Positions 40,074-49,940 of a stretch of DNA of 64,000 nucleotides are shown here, in pieces. The notes beneath the pieces were generated by a model, which did not search any database, was not told where the DNA came from, and saw only the letters and a list, made by a program, of their open reading frames with translations. The DNA lies in assembly GCA_043228905.1 (NCBI GenBank), contig JBHGNT010000021.1, positions 4,464,001-4,528,000 of the forward strand, written 5' to 3'. A program made the translations under genes and the position numbers. The stretch is from Azolla caroliniana (lineage: Eukaryota; Plantae; Polypodiophyta). Position 1 is the first letter of the stretch, and every line of letters starts with the position of its first letter.

Positions 40074-42410
40074 TGTCATGCATTCGTGAACATTATGTTG
40101 CTTCACTTGGGCTTGAACCCAAGACCTTATAATACATAATCAAGAACCTAACCATTAAGATAGCATATGATTATATAAAATAATAAAAGCTACTTCTTAT
40201 AATAGATTGATATTGTAAATGTTCTAGAACATTCTAGAACATTCTAGAATATCCTAGAAAATCTTAGAATATCCTAGGTCTAGCACATTCTAGAACATTA
40301 TAGAAATCACTAGGTTATTTTATAGGAACCTATAAATATGGACATACAATTCTTCTCAAAACCAATTCAAATCAACACTAGTCTTAAGCTCTCACCACCT
40401 ATCTTGTGTCCATTCTTATTCTACTTTAATACATTCATTCTTCTCTTATCATTTCATTCCTCTTCTTGTGATTTCTTTATATCTTTCTTCTATCACTTTA
40501 CCTTCTCTCTTGGTTCTGATAGTTGCTTGCTCCCATGCTGCATAGTCGACGTTGTCGCGGTAATCCGCGAGTCTGTGTCGAAAGGGGCAGGACCACGGGG
40601 ATCTCAAACGAGGAAGTGATGGATGCCAGGAGACCGACCCTCTCCGGTCCCGGCTGCACCGGTTGTGGCGCAAACCGGAATGACTTCGGACGCGTATCGG
40701 AGGCTATCGAACACGAGAGAGGGAGAGAGAGAGAATACTTGCAACACCGACTCAACGCACGCTACTTATGTACAGGAAAGGAAAGAAGAAACTCTGAAGA
40801 TGCCGACACAGACACAGATGCACAAAACTTTATTATATACGTACAAGAATAAGATACAACTCCGGCTTCGAGCCGGACCAAAGTAGGTTAGGTTACAACA
40901 ACAGTGTGCTGCCAAGCTGCCAATCAGGGAGCTCTCGGGCTCGTCGCGCCGAGCGGGGTCTTGCACAAGAGACAGGGTAGAAGCCTAAACCCCTTTAGAC
41001 ATACGAGCTCCTAACCAGACTAAACCCTAAACAGACTCGAAGAAGAAGACCTCAAAGAAATTCTAAAGTAAGAAGAAGAAGAACTAACACACCTTCGACC
41101 TAAGTGGTATAACCTCCTAACTCAAAATGGGCAACCCCTCTACAAGGGACCCCTCCCTTCCTTTTATAGCCCAAGGAGGGAGGGATGTTACAATGTGGGA
41201 TAAATTCTCCCCCTTATTCTATACACCATTTTCCTACTATACATGTGTGCACATGTTGCACACTGCTGACTTGCCCATTCCATCCCGGTTTCACACCAAA
41301 GCCATAAATCTTCACTACATCCACCCCCACCAAACCGCACATCCACCGGCATGTGCCATGAAAGGAAAAGGTGAGAGATTTTGGCGATAGTGATCAACCG
41401 GGTTCTCCGCTGTCCTGGCACCTGACCGCCCTGCTGGCTCCTACCGACCCCGATCCGTCGACTCCATTCGATCTGCCATATCCGATGCTCACACCTTCTT
41501 CCCCGATTGGTCCTCCCGAACACCGTTGCGGATCTGGTCGCTCCTCCTTTGTATGCTGCATATGCCCTCCGATTAGGCCCCCGATCACTCCGGATGTTCG
41601 CCGGATTCCGCGCCTCGCGTGTATCCCTCCTTTGGTTCGACCGTCTCCTCGTCCCGAGCACCTCGGTGTGCCGTCTCTCTCCGTTCTGCGCTTGTCTTTT
41701 GTAGGCTCTTCCCATGCGTCGATGTCGTCCTCTAAATACGCGCTTGTTCTTCGGTCCTTAGGTGACCCCATTACGCGCTCCTTGTTTTTCCCTTGCTCAC
41801 CGTGCTCTCCTACGGTAGAGTGTACTGTTGTCGTGAAGAAAACCGGCCATAGGCGGAATTGGAGAAAAAGGCGCATGAACCGGCTCTTAAATAGACGGAC
41901 GCGAGAATTGATATTTTGGACATAATTCATAATTAGGTCGGCTGATGTAAATAGTAGGTAGTACACATTTATTAGCGGATTTGTGCGTATCTCTATCGAA
42001 AGGGAGTGGGAATAAAGCAATTTGACTAGGGAAGAAGGGTCTCCCCTTGGCGAACTATTTAAGGAGGGAGAGAAGGAAGAAAAGGGATCGCGCGTTGGCG
42101 AGGACGAAGTGCTGTTGAAGAACCGAGGACCGAGCTATCTCTCCTCCGATTGTCGTTCTCTGTGGGTGTCGAGAGTTCACTGCCTCTGCTTCGTGGACAG
42201 CCCGTGTGCTTCCAGCAGAGGCTCTCCCCCCCCCCCCCCCCCCCTCTTCTTTTTGGTTTCTTCGAGTCGAGTGGTTGTCGCCTGTGTGCGTGAGTAGGAC
42301 CCCGTGTCAGGTGCATTACCGGTTTGCCGGTTGTAACTGTTCGAGTTGTAAGCTACTGATTATAGTAATCGGATTCCTATTTCTTGCCCTTTTTTTGTCT
42401 GTGTATCTGC

Positions 42411-42453
<43 letters not shown>

Positions 42454-42556
42454 TGGTCCAAAACCCCCGTGGTCCCGCCTCTTCCTACACGCGAACGCTA
42501 ATCTTCACGACATAATTGGTGAACCCGACGTGAACAGGCGGCAAAGGAGTCAGAAG

Positions 42557-44349
42557 ATGAGGGGATCAGAGCTAACAGAGGCAATGGCGGTAGCCGTCGA
42601 CCGGCTGGTGAGCGCTCGCGAGGGGACGAGTACCCTCGACAGAGCCATTGAATCTATCTTCGGCAACATAGGCCGATTCGGTGGGAAGAATCCCACAAGT
42701 TCGGCGGCTGTCCGGATTCCATCGGGTGGTGACGCCGAGCATCCACGCGGAGGTGTTGGGCGGATGCCAGACTTGGGAGGAGTTCGAGTTGCAGGTCCTC
42801 GAGAAGTATGGGTTTGATGACTCTCTTTGGCTGTCGAGGCGGGACTTCATGGCATGGGTGGAAAGCCTCGGAAAAGGGAGGAACACGTCGGCGCTCCTCC
42901 AGGAGTTCGAAAAACGATTCGCGCGGCTGTCGACGTTGGACCGGACCATGCTCGAAACGAGTCGAGTACTACTGTTTGTCAAGTCAGTGGACGCGCTCGA
43001 CAGGGAAAAGGTGGGTCCCCTATTGGAGACGGATGAAGGGCTCACGGCAGACTGGGCCGTGGTAAAACAGGTCTGCAGCCGTTTCGACAAACGACACGAG
43101 TGGAGTGACGGAAGCTTGTCGGAGTCAGGACCGGTCCCGGCGAGGAGGCTCGAGGAGCTGGTATCGGTGCCAACCGGTAGGAAGGAAGAGACCCGAATTT
43201 GGCTGGAGTCAGGGTCGGCATTGAACGACGTGGTCAAAGGCCCATCCGGAGGAGCGGCTCTGGAGGAGCTGACACAGATGGTGCGCGACCTGCAGATCGC
43301 ACAGGCCCGGAGAGACATCGGCGAACAACCTCGCGACCGGAGGCCACCGGCTGGGCACCGGTGCATGTGGTGTGACGCGATTGGTCACATTCGGAAGGAT
43401 TGCACGGATTTCGCCGACGCACTCAGGACCAACGTGGTGTACCTCTGGAACGGGCGGGTGCACGCGAACGAGACCCGAAGAGCCCTAGAATTGAATACGG
43501 GGCGCGGCAGAATGAAGAGGTTGATGGAAGAGGCTGCGACATGGCCTGTAGAAGCCGTTAACTACTTAGTGTCGGCGGGAATTCGGGTCGGGGGTGATGA
43601 GACCCGGAAGGTGAAGGACTCCGGATTCTGGCCGCTAGTGCTAGAAGGCCTCTCCGGAGTTCGGCTGAAGAAGGAAGAGGCGGACCGCACGGAATAGCGG
43701 GTCCAGGAGGTCACCAGATGGGACGATCCAGTCGAAGAGAAAACGGGCTTCGTAGAAGCCTCTTGCCAGAACTACGAGGTTCTGATGGAAGACAAACGGG
43801 CAGGGAAGGTCGGAGGGCTTGGTCCCCCGCAAAGGTACGAGACCCGGTTCGGACCGAAGGTGACCAGTGCCGTCAACCCAGGCGTGCCAGATGGGAAGAA
43901 GCAGGCGGGGTTTCGGTTGAGCTCCGAAATCGAGAGAGAAACGGACCTACGGAAGGTCCTTGAAGAGCAGATCCTCGACAGTAAAGTGGAGTTGTCGTTG
44001 CGGGAGGTGCTGGGAATCGCCAAGAGGGAGTTCCACGACTCCATCGTAGACTTGGTGAAGCGGAAGAGGCTCTCAACGGAGCCGGAACCGGAGAAGCCGG
44101 TGGAGGTGCGGACTACGTACTTAGAAGACACGGCCCTAGAAGACGAGTTGGCGGAAAGCCACTACGCGAAGCCGCATTGGGCCAGGGCAACTACGGAAAC
44201 CCCTGTGCGGATCGGCGACGTTCTGGAACTAGTGGTGGCCTTGGTAGACCATGGATCCGAAATCAACCTGATGTCCATGGATTTCTACAAGAAGGGTAAA
44301 ATGGCCGATCAACACCAAGCATGGGTGGAAGATACTCGTGGCGACGCGT
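42557..44349 (+). pseudogene. gag: D gag and N-half of protease
   Basis: CMWCDAIGHIRKDC knuckle and ALVDHGSEINL. Confidence 0.88.
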
Positions 44350-47300
44350 TGTCGCGTTGTTACGCGCGTGCGTGGAGAAGGGCGGGACCACGGGGGTCTT
44401 GGACTAAGGAGAAGGGGAGAAGGAATAGGACTTCGGAATGGAGCTTAGCACAAGAAGAGAAAGAATGAACAAGAGGGAGATGGAGGCCAAATGCTCAACA
44501 AGATATATTAGAACCGAAAACCGATTACAAAATGGCGGCCGCGTAGGCCGCACCAAACGACTATGATAAACCCAAAACCCTAATCCGACGAAGAAGGAAA
44601 GAAACCCTAACTAAGGAACCCGAAACCCTAAAACGAAATGGTATACCTCACTCACACTCAAAATAAGGCAACCCCCACAATGGTGCTCTTCCTCTCCCTT
44701 TATAGCACAAGGAGGGAAGACCGTTACATAAAGGTGCTACAAAATATCCCCTTTCAATCAATGGGGATATTTCCCTTGATTTTAGGGGAGGTGGGAAGGA
44801 TGGGTCTTAACTCCCATCTCTACACGAACTACTATGTACCTATCTCTCTCTCTCTCACGTGGATGTGCGCGCAAAAGCACATCACCTTTACACTTTACAA
44901 ATCCTAAGGTGCATTTCTAGCACCATACTTATCACTATCGATAAATAGAAATACAACATGGTGATGTGCAACGTTGCACATCGCGGGTTTGCTTGCTTCG
45001 CTCGGGTTTCCGCCTATGGACGAAAATCTTCACGACATCCGCCCCCACCTAACCGCACATCCACCGGTATGTGCCAAAAGGGGACAAAACGCGAGATTTT
45101 CGGCCAAGGCGGCCAACCGAGCCCTTGACAACCTCGTGGGCTTGCCCGGCTTTGTCTTCCACTTCGAGCAAGTCCACCCCGTCCACACGAACCACCGTCG
45201 CCTTCCGGCCCACCATCTCCACCGAATGGTCTCGAACCGTCGGCTCCATCCGATCCGCCACACTTGACAACGTTCGCCGAGTCGTTGCCTCCACCCGATC
45301 CGCCACGTCCATCGTGATTCTTTGAACCACCGTCTACATCCGGACCGCCGTTTCCGATGCCCGCGCCTTCTTCCCCGATCGGTCCTCCCGAACGCCGTTG
45401 CCGACCCGGTTGCTCTTCTTTTGTCCGCCTCGTATAGCCTCCGGATGCTCTCCCGATCTCTCCGGTTGCACGCCGGATTCCGCCTTTCCCGTGCTTGCCG
45501 TGCTCTCTCGCCGTAGAGCATACCATCGTTCCCGTGCTCGTTGCTTGGCCCTCATGCGGCCGCATTGCACGTTTCGCATTCCGCTCCTCTTCGCGTACCC
45601 TTTCGGAAAGGTACCTTTCTTCCCCGACCTCCGTTTCGCTCGGAGGAACACCCTCTTGGCCCTCTTGGTCCGCTCGACCGCACACATCCTTCGTGATGTC
45701 GTGTTCGTTCTTTTGGGCGCATACATCTTCGTTCTCCGCGACCTCCCGTATGCCTCTCTCGGTGCCTTCATCCGTTGTGGCCTTCGTCCCCTCGCCGCCA
45801 CCGTCCGCCACTCTTGGTCTCACGTCGGCACTCGCGCCGACCGCCGGAGTCTCTATAGCCGGTGTGGAGGATCCCTCTCGGGCCTTATCTTCGTGGCCGC
45901 CGGTCTTAGCCTCTCCGTAGGCCACCTCTTCCCACCAATCTTCCCTAGCATCGTGCCAGGTCTTGTCGTCGCCGCCTTCCTCCTCGTATTCGCCTCTCGA
46001 AGGCGTGATCCGACCGTCATCTTCGGTCGCTCGATGTGGCTCCTTCGTAGGCATGCTTGTGTCTTGGCCCTCCATCGGCCGTATTGCATGCATCTCGTCT
46101 CGCTCTTCCGCCGTAGATCCGACCTCCGTGTCGGTCTTCTCCTCCTTTGTCGCCGTAGCCCGTTCCGACACGGGCTCGCCGTCTTGGACCCACCCGTCCA
46201 CCATCTCGTACCGGATATCCGTTCCGGTAACCTCGTACGCTCCGGCCTCCGACTCCTCGCCGCCACCCGCCGTCTCTCCGGTCTTATGTTGATCCGCAAC
46301 CGCCGTAGTCTCTAGAGTGGGTATGGAGGGTCTCGTTTGTTTCCGTTTTTCCCCCGAACCATGGTCGTCGTGCCCGGTTAGCCTCCATCTCGCGCTTACC
46401 GGCTCCCATCGTAACCGTAACCGCAACCGTAACCGGCCAATCGGTCTAGCCGGCTTCCTTCGGTTTGGGCCCGGTTCGCCGGCCCTTACTCTCTTCCTCT
46501 TCCGTGCCGTATTCCGGTCGGGTCGGTTCCCGACTCTCTCCTCGTTTCCGCTCCGGTCCTCTCCGTCGGACCCACCGTATACGCCCATTCCGGGCCCCGC
46601 ATACTCGTCTTCGTATGCGCTCTCTCCGGGCCTCACCCTCTCACGGTCACCGCCCATCTCTCCGGTCTCACGTTGGCATTCGAGCACAACCGCCGAAGTC
46701 TCCGGCCCCGGTGTCAAGGGGTCTTGCCTCCGTCCGCTCCAATCTTCCTTCTCGTTTCCGTTGCCCGCCTTGCCGCCGTCACCTCCCGTCGCACTAAGCC
46801 TTATGCCGGCACTCGGTCCGGCCATTGGAGCCTCTAGGATTGGTGTGGGTAAGGACCCGGCACCGCCGCTTGTTGTCTCCGTAGCCGCTTTCGTTCGGAC
46901 GTCGTTGTCCGCGGCTCCCCCATCTCCGATTCCGTAAGCCTCTAGTATGCTTGCCACCACCTCTTCTTCGCCGTTCTCCGCGTCATTTTGTTTGCCCGCC
47001 TTGCCGCCACCACCGCCCGTCGTTCTAGGTCTCGTGCCGGCACTCGGGCCGACCGCCGAAGCCTCTAGGGCCGGTGTGTGGAAGGTCGCGGCACCACCGC
47101 TCGCCTCCTCTCCGCTCGATGTTTTGGGCCGCCGTGCCCCGAATCTTCCGCCCACTTTCGAAGTGGCGCTCTCCGCTTTGTAGTCACCGGCCTCATCCTT
47201 GGCCGTCCATTCGCCGCAAGACGAGAGGGTTGCTCGCTCCGCACCCTCTCCCATGTCGTCGTCGTTTCGGTTGCCCCCCTTGCCGCCGCCACCGTCCGTC

Positions 47301-49940
47301 ACTCTAGGCCTTTCGCCGGCTCTCGGGCCGGGTGCCGGAGTCTCTAGGACCGGTGTGTGGAAGGTCGCGACACCATCACTCCTCTCGTCCGTAGCCACCT
47401 CCATTCGGACATCGTCGTCCGTGGCTACCCCGTCTTCGGTTTCGCAAGCATCGAGTATGCTTGCCGCCGCCTCTTCTTCGCCGGTCTCGTCCTCATTTCG
47501 GTTGTCCGCCTTGCCGCCGCCACCGTCCGTAGCTCTAGGTCTCGTGCCGGCACTCGGGCCGACCGCCGAAGCCTCTAGGGCCGGTGTGTGGAAGGTCGCG
47601 ACACCGACGCTCGTCTCCTCTTCCTCCTCCATTTCGCAAGCCTCGAGTATGCTCGCGAAATCCTCGTAGAACGTTTCGTGCAACCGCGTCCCGAAACTTC
47701 CGCCCACTCTCGAAGTGGCGTCCATCGCTCCGTAGATATCGGCCTCGTCCATGGCCGCTCTTTTTCCCCGAGATGAGAGGGTCGCTTGCTCCGCACCTTC
47801 TCTCGTGTCGACGCCGTGGTCGCCCGCCTTGCCACCGCCACCGCCTTTCACCATAGGTCTTACGCGGGCACTCGGGCCGGCCGCCGTGATCTCTAGGAAT
47901 GACGCGTGTAAGGTCGCGGGACCGCCGCTCGTCGATGTAATGTCCGTAGCCACCTCCGCTCGGACGTCGTTGTCCGTGGCTACCCCGCCTCCGTATATGC
48001 AAGCATCGGTTATGCTTGCCGCCGCCTCTTCCGCGGTCTCCTTACCGTTGTCTCGGTTGCCCGCCTTGCCGCCACCACCGTTCTTCTCCCTCGGTCTTAC
48101 GCGGGCGCTCGGGCCGGCCGCCGTGGTCTCTTGAACCGGTGCGTGGAAGGTTGCGGTACCGCCGCTTGTCTCCTCCGTACTCGATGATTCGGGCCACCGT
48201 GTCCCGAATCCGCCATGTCCGCTCGAATAGGCGATCGCCGCCTCACCGTCCCCGACCTCGTCCCCGGTCGTTCTTTTCCCCCATGTCGAGAGGGCGGTTC
48301 GCTCCGCACCCTCTCCCGTGGTACCGATGTACCATTCTCTTTCGGCCTCCGCATAGGCCCCGTCCTCCATGTGTGAGGAAGCTCCTTCCTCCGCGTCCTC
48401 CGATCCGCTCGGGCCCGACCCCGCAATAAGCCATTCTTCGGCTTCGATTTTCGCCATTACGAGCCCGCACGCCTCCCGTATTAGCGCTTGTAGGTCGAGC
48501 CCCTCCAAACCGGTTCGCGATGAGCTCTCGTCCGGCAGCATGGCGTAGTCGGTCGTCGCTCTCTCTTCTCCCCCGCTCGCGGGCCGTGTTGTGTCCGACC
48601 GCCTCGCCTCATGTTGCCGACACACCCATTCCACTTCGGGCCACTCCTCGGTGAGACCATGCGCCCCATAATCGTCTTGAAGCTGGAACATGATGTCCGT
48701 CCTCTCCTCATGATGGACCGTCTCCAAAAATAGGAGGACTTTGTCCGCCCCCACCGATCTTCGTTCCCACTCCGAGAGTTGAGAGAAACGACGCTCGAAC
48801 TCTCGGAATGCCTCTATTGCGCTCCGATGGCGCCTCGCCGACGCCACCCACCGATCGAACTCTCGCCGACCTCTTACCTCCGATTCCGCGCACCCGTATG
48901 CCTCCATTAGAGCCCCTTCAAAGGACTCCCACGATTCGTGAGCTTCTTGGAGCTCCTTGACCTCCTCGTACTTTGATGCGGCCGCCGCTCGACGAAAGAA
49001 CTCTAGCCTCGTCGCCTCGTCCACGCCCATCCTCGTCATTTCCGCATCGTAGGCTCTCAAAAATTTTGGGACCTCCTTCCCATCGAACCGGCCGACTAGA
49101 CGGACCACCCTTTCGACCGCTTGTTGAGCCGCCTCTCGCCTCGCCCTCTTCCGTCCGGCGTCCATCAAGATCTTTGTCATCATTTCCTCGAAGTCGAAGC
49201 CTTCCTCCATCTCTTTCTCCCTTGCCGCCTTTCACGTCGGGTTCACCAAAGATGTCGCGTTGTTACGCGCGTGCGTGGAGAAGGGCGGGACCACGGGGGT
49301 CTTGGACTAAGGAGAAGGGGAGAAGGAATAGGACTTCGGAATGGAGCTTAGCACAAGAAGAGAAAGAATGAACAAGAGGGAGATGGAGGCCAAATGCTCA
49401 ACAAGATATATTAGAACCGAAAACCGATTACAAAATGGCGGCCGCGTAGGCCGCACCAAACGACTATGATAAACCCAAAACCCTAATCCGACGAAGAAGG
49501 AAAGAAACCCTAACTAAGGAACCCGAAACCCTAAAACGAAATGGTATACCTCACTCACACTCAAAATAAGGCAACCCCCACAATGGTGCTCTTCCTCTCC
49601 CTTTATAGCACAAGGAGGGAAGACCGTTACATAAAGGTGCTACAAAATATCCCCTTTCAATCAATGGGGATATTTCCCTTGATTTTAGGGGAGGTGGGAA
49701 GGATGGGTCTTAACTCCCATCTCTACACGAACTACTATGTACCTATCTCTCTCTCTCTCACGTGGATGTGCGCGCAAAAGCACATCACCTTTACACTTTA
49801 CAAATCCTAAGGTGCATTTCTAGCACCATACTTATCACTATCGATAAATAGAAATACAACATGGTGATGTGCAACGTTGCACATCGTGGGTTTGCTTGCT
49901 TCGCTCGGGTTTCCGCCTATGGACGAAAATCTTCACGACA
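44350..49940 (-). mobile_element. Element E: young non-autonomous gag-only LTR retrotransposon (TR-GAG-like)
   Basis: 688-bp LTRs 44350-45037 and 49253-49940 (one difference seen), perfect TSD GCGT, Trp PBS 49231-49248, PPT near 45038-45050, no PR/RT/IN. Confidence 0.95.
45014..49210 (-). CDS. 1398-aa Gag-capsid-like N-terminus fused to a ~1150-aa acidic/Gly-rich repetitive tail
   Basis: Intact ORF with ATG about 20 nt past the PBS. Its N-terminus (VGRFDGKEVPKFLRAYDAEM...EFERRFSQLS...KVLLF...GLTEEW..V) aligns by eye to the D/I gag (IGRFGGKDATSYLEAYRVEM...EFEKRFAQLS...RVLLF...GLTTDW..V). Confidence 0.9.
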   Translation of the reverse strand: MEEGFDFEEMMTKILMDAGRKRARREAAQQAVERVVRLVGRFDGKEVPKFLRAYDAEMTRMGVDEATRLEFFRRAAAASKYEEVKELQEAHESWESFEGALMEAYGCAESEVRGRREFDRWVASARRHRSAIEAFREFERRFSQLSEWERRSVGADKVLLFLETVHHEERTDIMFQLQDDYGAHGLTEEWPEVEWVCRQHEARRSDTTRPASGGEERATTDYAMLPDESSSRTGLEGLDLQALIREACGLVMAKIEAEEWLIAGSGPSGSEDAEEGASSHMEDGAYAEAEREWYIGTTGEGAERTALSTWGKRTTGDEVGDGEAAIAYSSGHGGFGTRWPESSSTEETSGGTATFHAPVQETTAAGPSARVRPREKNGGGGKAGNRDNGKETAEEAAASITDACIYGGGVATDNDVRAEVATDITSTSGGPATLHASFLEITAAGPSARVRPMVKGGGGGKAGDHGVDTREGAEQATLSSRGKRAAMDEADIYGAMDATSRVGGSFGTRLHETFYEDFASILEACEMEEEEETSVGVATFHTPALEASAVGPSAGTRPRATDGGGGKADNRNEDETGEEEAAASILDACETEDGVATDDDVRMEVATDERSDGVATFHTPVLETPAPGPRAGERPRVTDGGGGKGGNRNDDDMGEGAERATLSSCGEWTAKDEAGDYKAESATSKVGGRFGARRPKTSSGEEASGGAATFHTPALEASAVGPSAGTRPRTTGGGGGKAGKQNDAENGEEEVVASILEAYGIGDGGAADNDVRTKAATETTSGGAGSLPTPILEAPMAGPSAGIRLSATGGDGGKAGNGNEKEDWSGRRQDPLTPGPETSAVVLECQRETGEMGGDRERVRPGESAYEDEYAGPGMGVYGGSDGEDRSGNEERVGNRPDRNTARKRKRVRAGEPGPNRRKPARPIGRLRLRLRLRWEPVSARWRLTGHDDHGSGEKRKQTRPSIPTLETTAVADQHKTGETAGGGEESEAGAYEVTGTDIRYEMVDGWVQDGEPVSERATATKEEKTDTEVGSTAEERDEMHAIRPMEGQDTSMPTKEPHRATEDDGRITPSRGEYEEEGGDDKTWHDAREDWWEEVAYGEAKTGGHEDKAREGSSTPAIETPAVGASADVRPRVADGGGEGTKATTDEGTERGIREVAENEDVCAQKNEHDITKDVCGRADQEGQEGVPPSETEVGEERYLSERVREEERNAKRAMRPHEGQATSTGTMVCSTAREHGKHGKGGIRRATGEIGRASGGYTRRTKEEQPGRQRRSGGPIGEEGAGIGNGGPDVDGGSKNHDGRGGSGGGNDSANVVKCGGSDGADGSRPFGGDGGPEGDGGSCGRGGLARSGRQSRASPRGCQGLGWPPWPKISRFVPFWHIPVDVRLGGGGCREDFRP

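Larger units (their letters stand above)
37471..40521 (+). mobile_element. Element L: rearranged Tcn1-like chromovirus
   Basis: LTR pieces 37471-37755 and 38064-38446, full LTR 40074-40521, PPT AAGAGGAGGGA, chromodomain EYEVASILDSKIVRNK.YYLVDWLGY twice, degenerate TSD GCCAC/GTTGC. Confidence 0.87.

Noticed and set aside
42226-42450. Poly-C run and (CT)n microsatellite
   Set aside because: These are ordinary LTR simple repeats, also present in the partner LTR.
45398-48470. Many overlapping plus-strand and alternative-frame ORFs over E (likewise over A, D, G, H, I)
   Set aside because: These are shadow ORFs of GC-rich coding sequence with no domain motifs.
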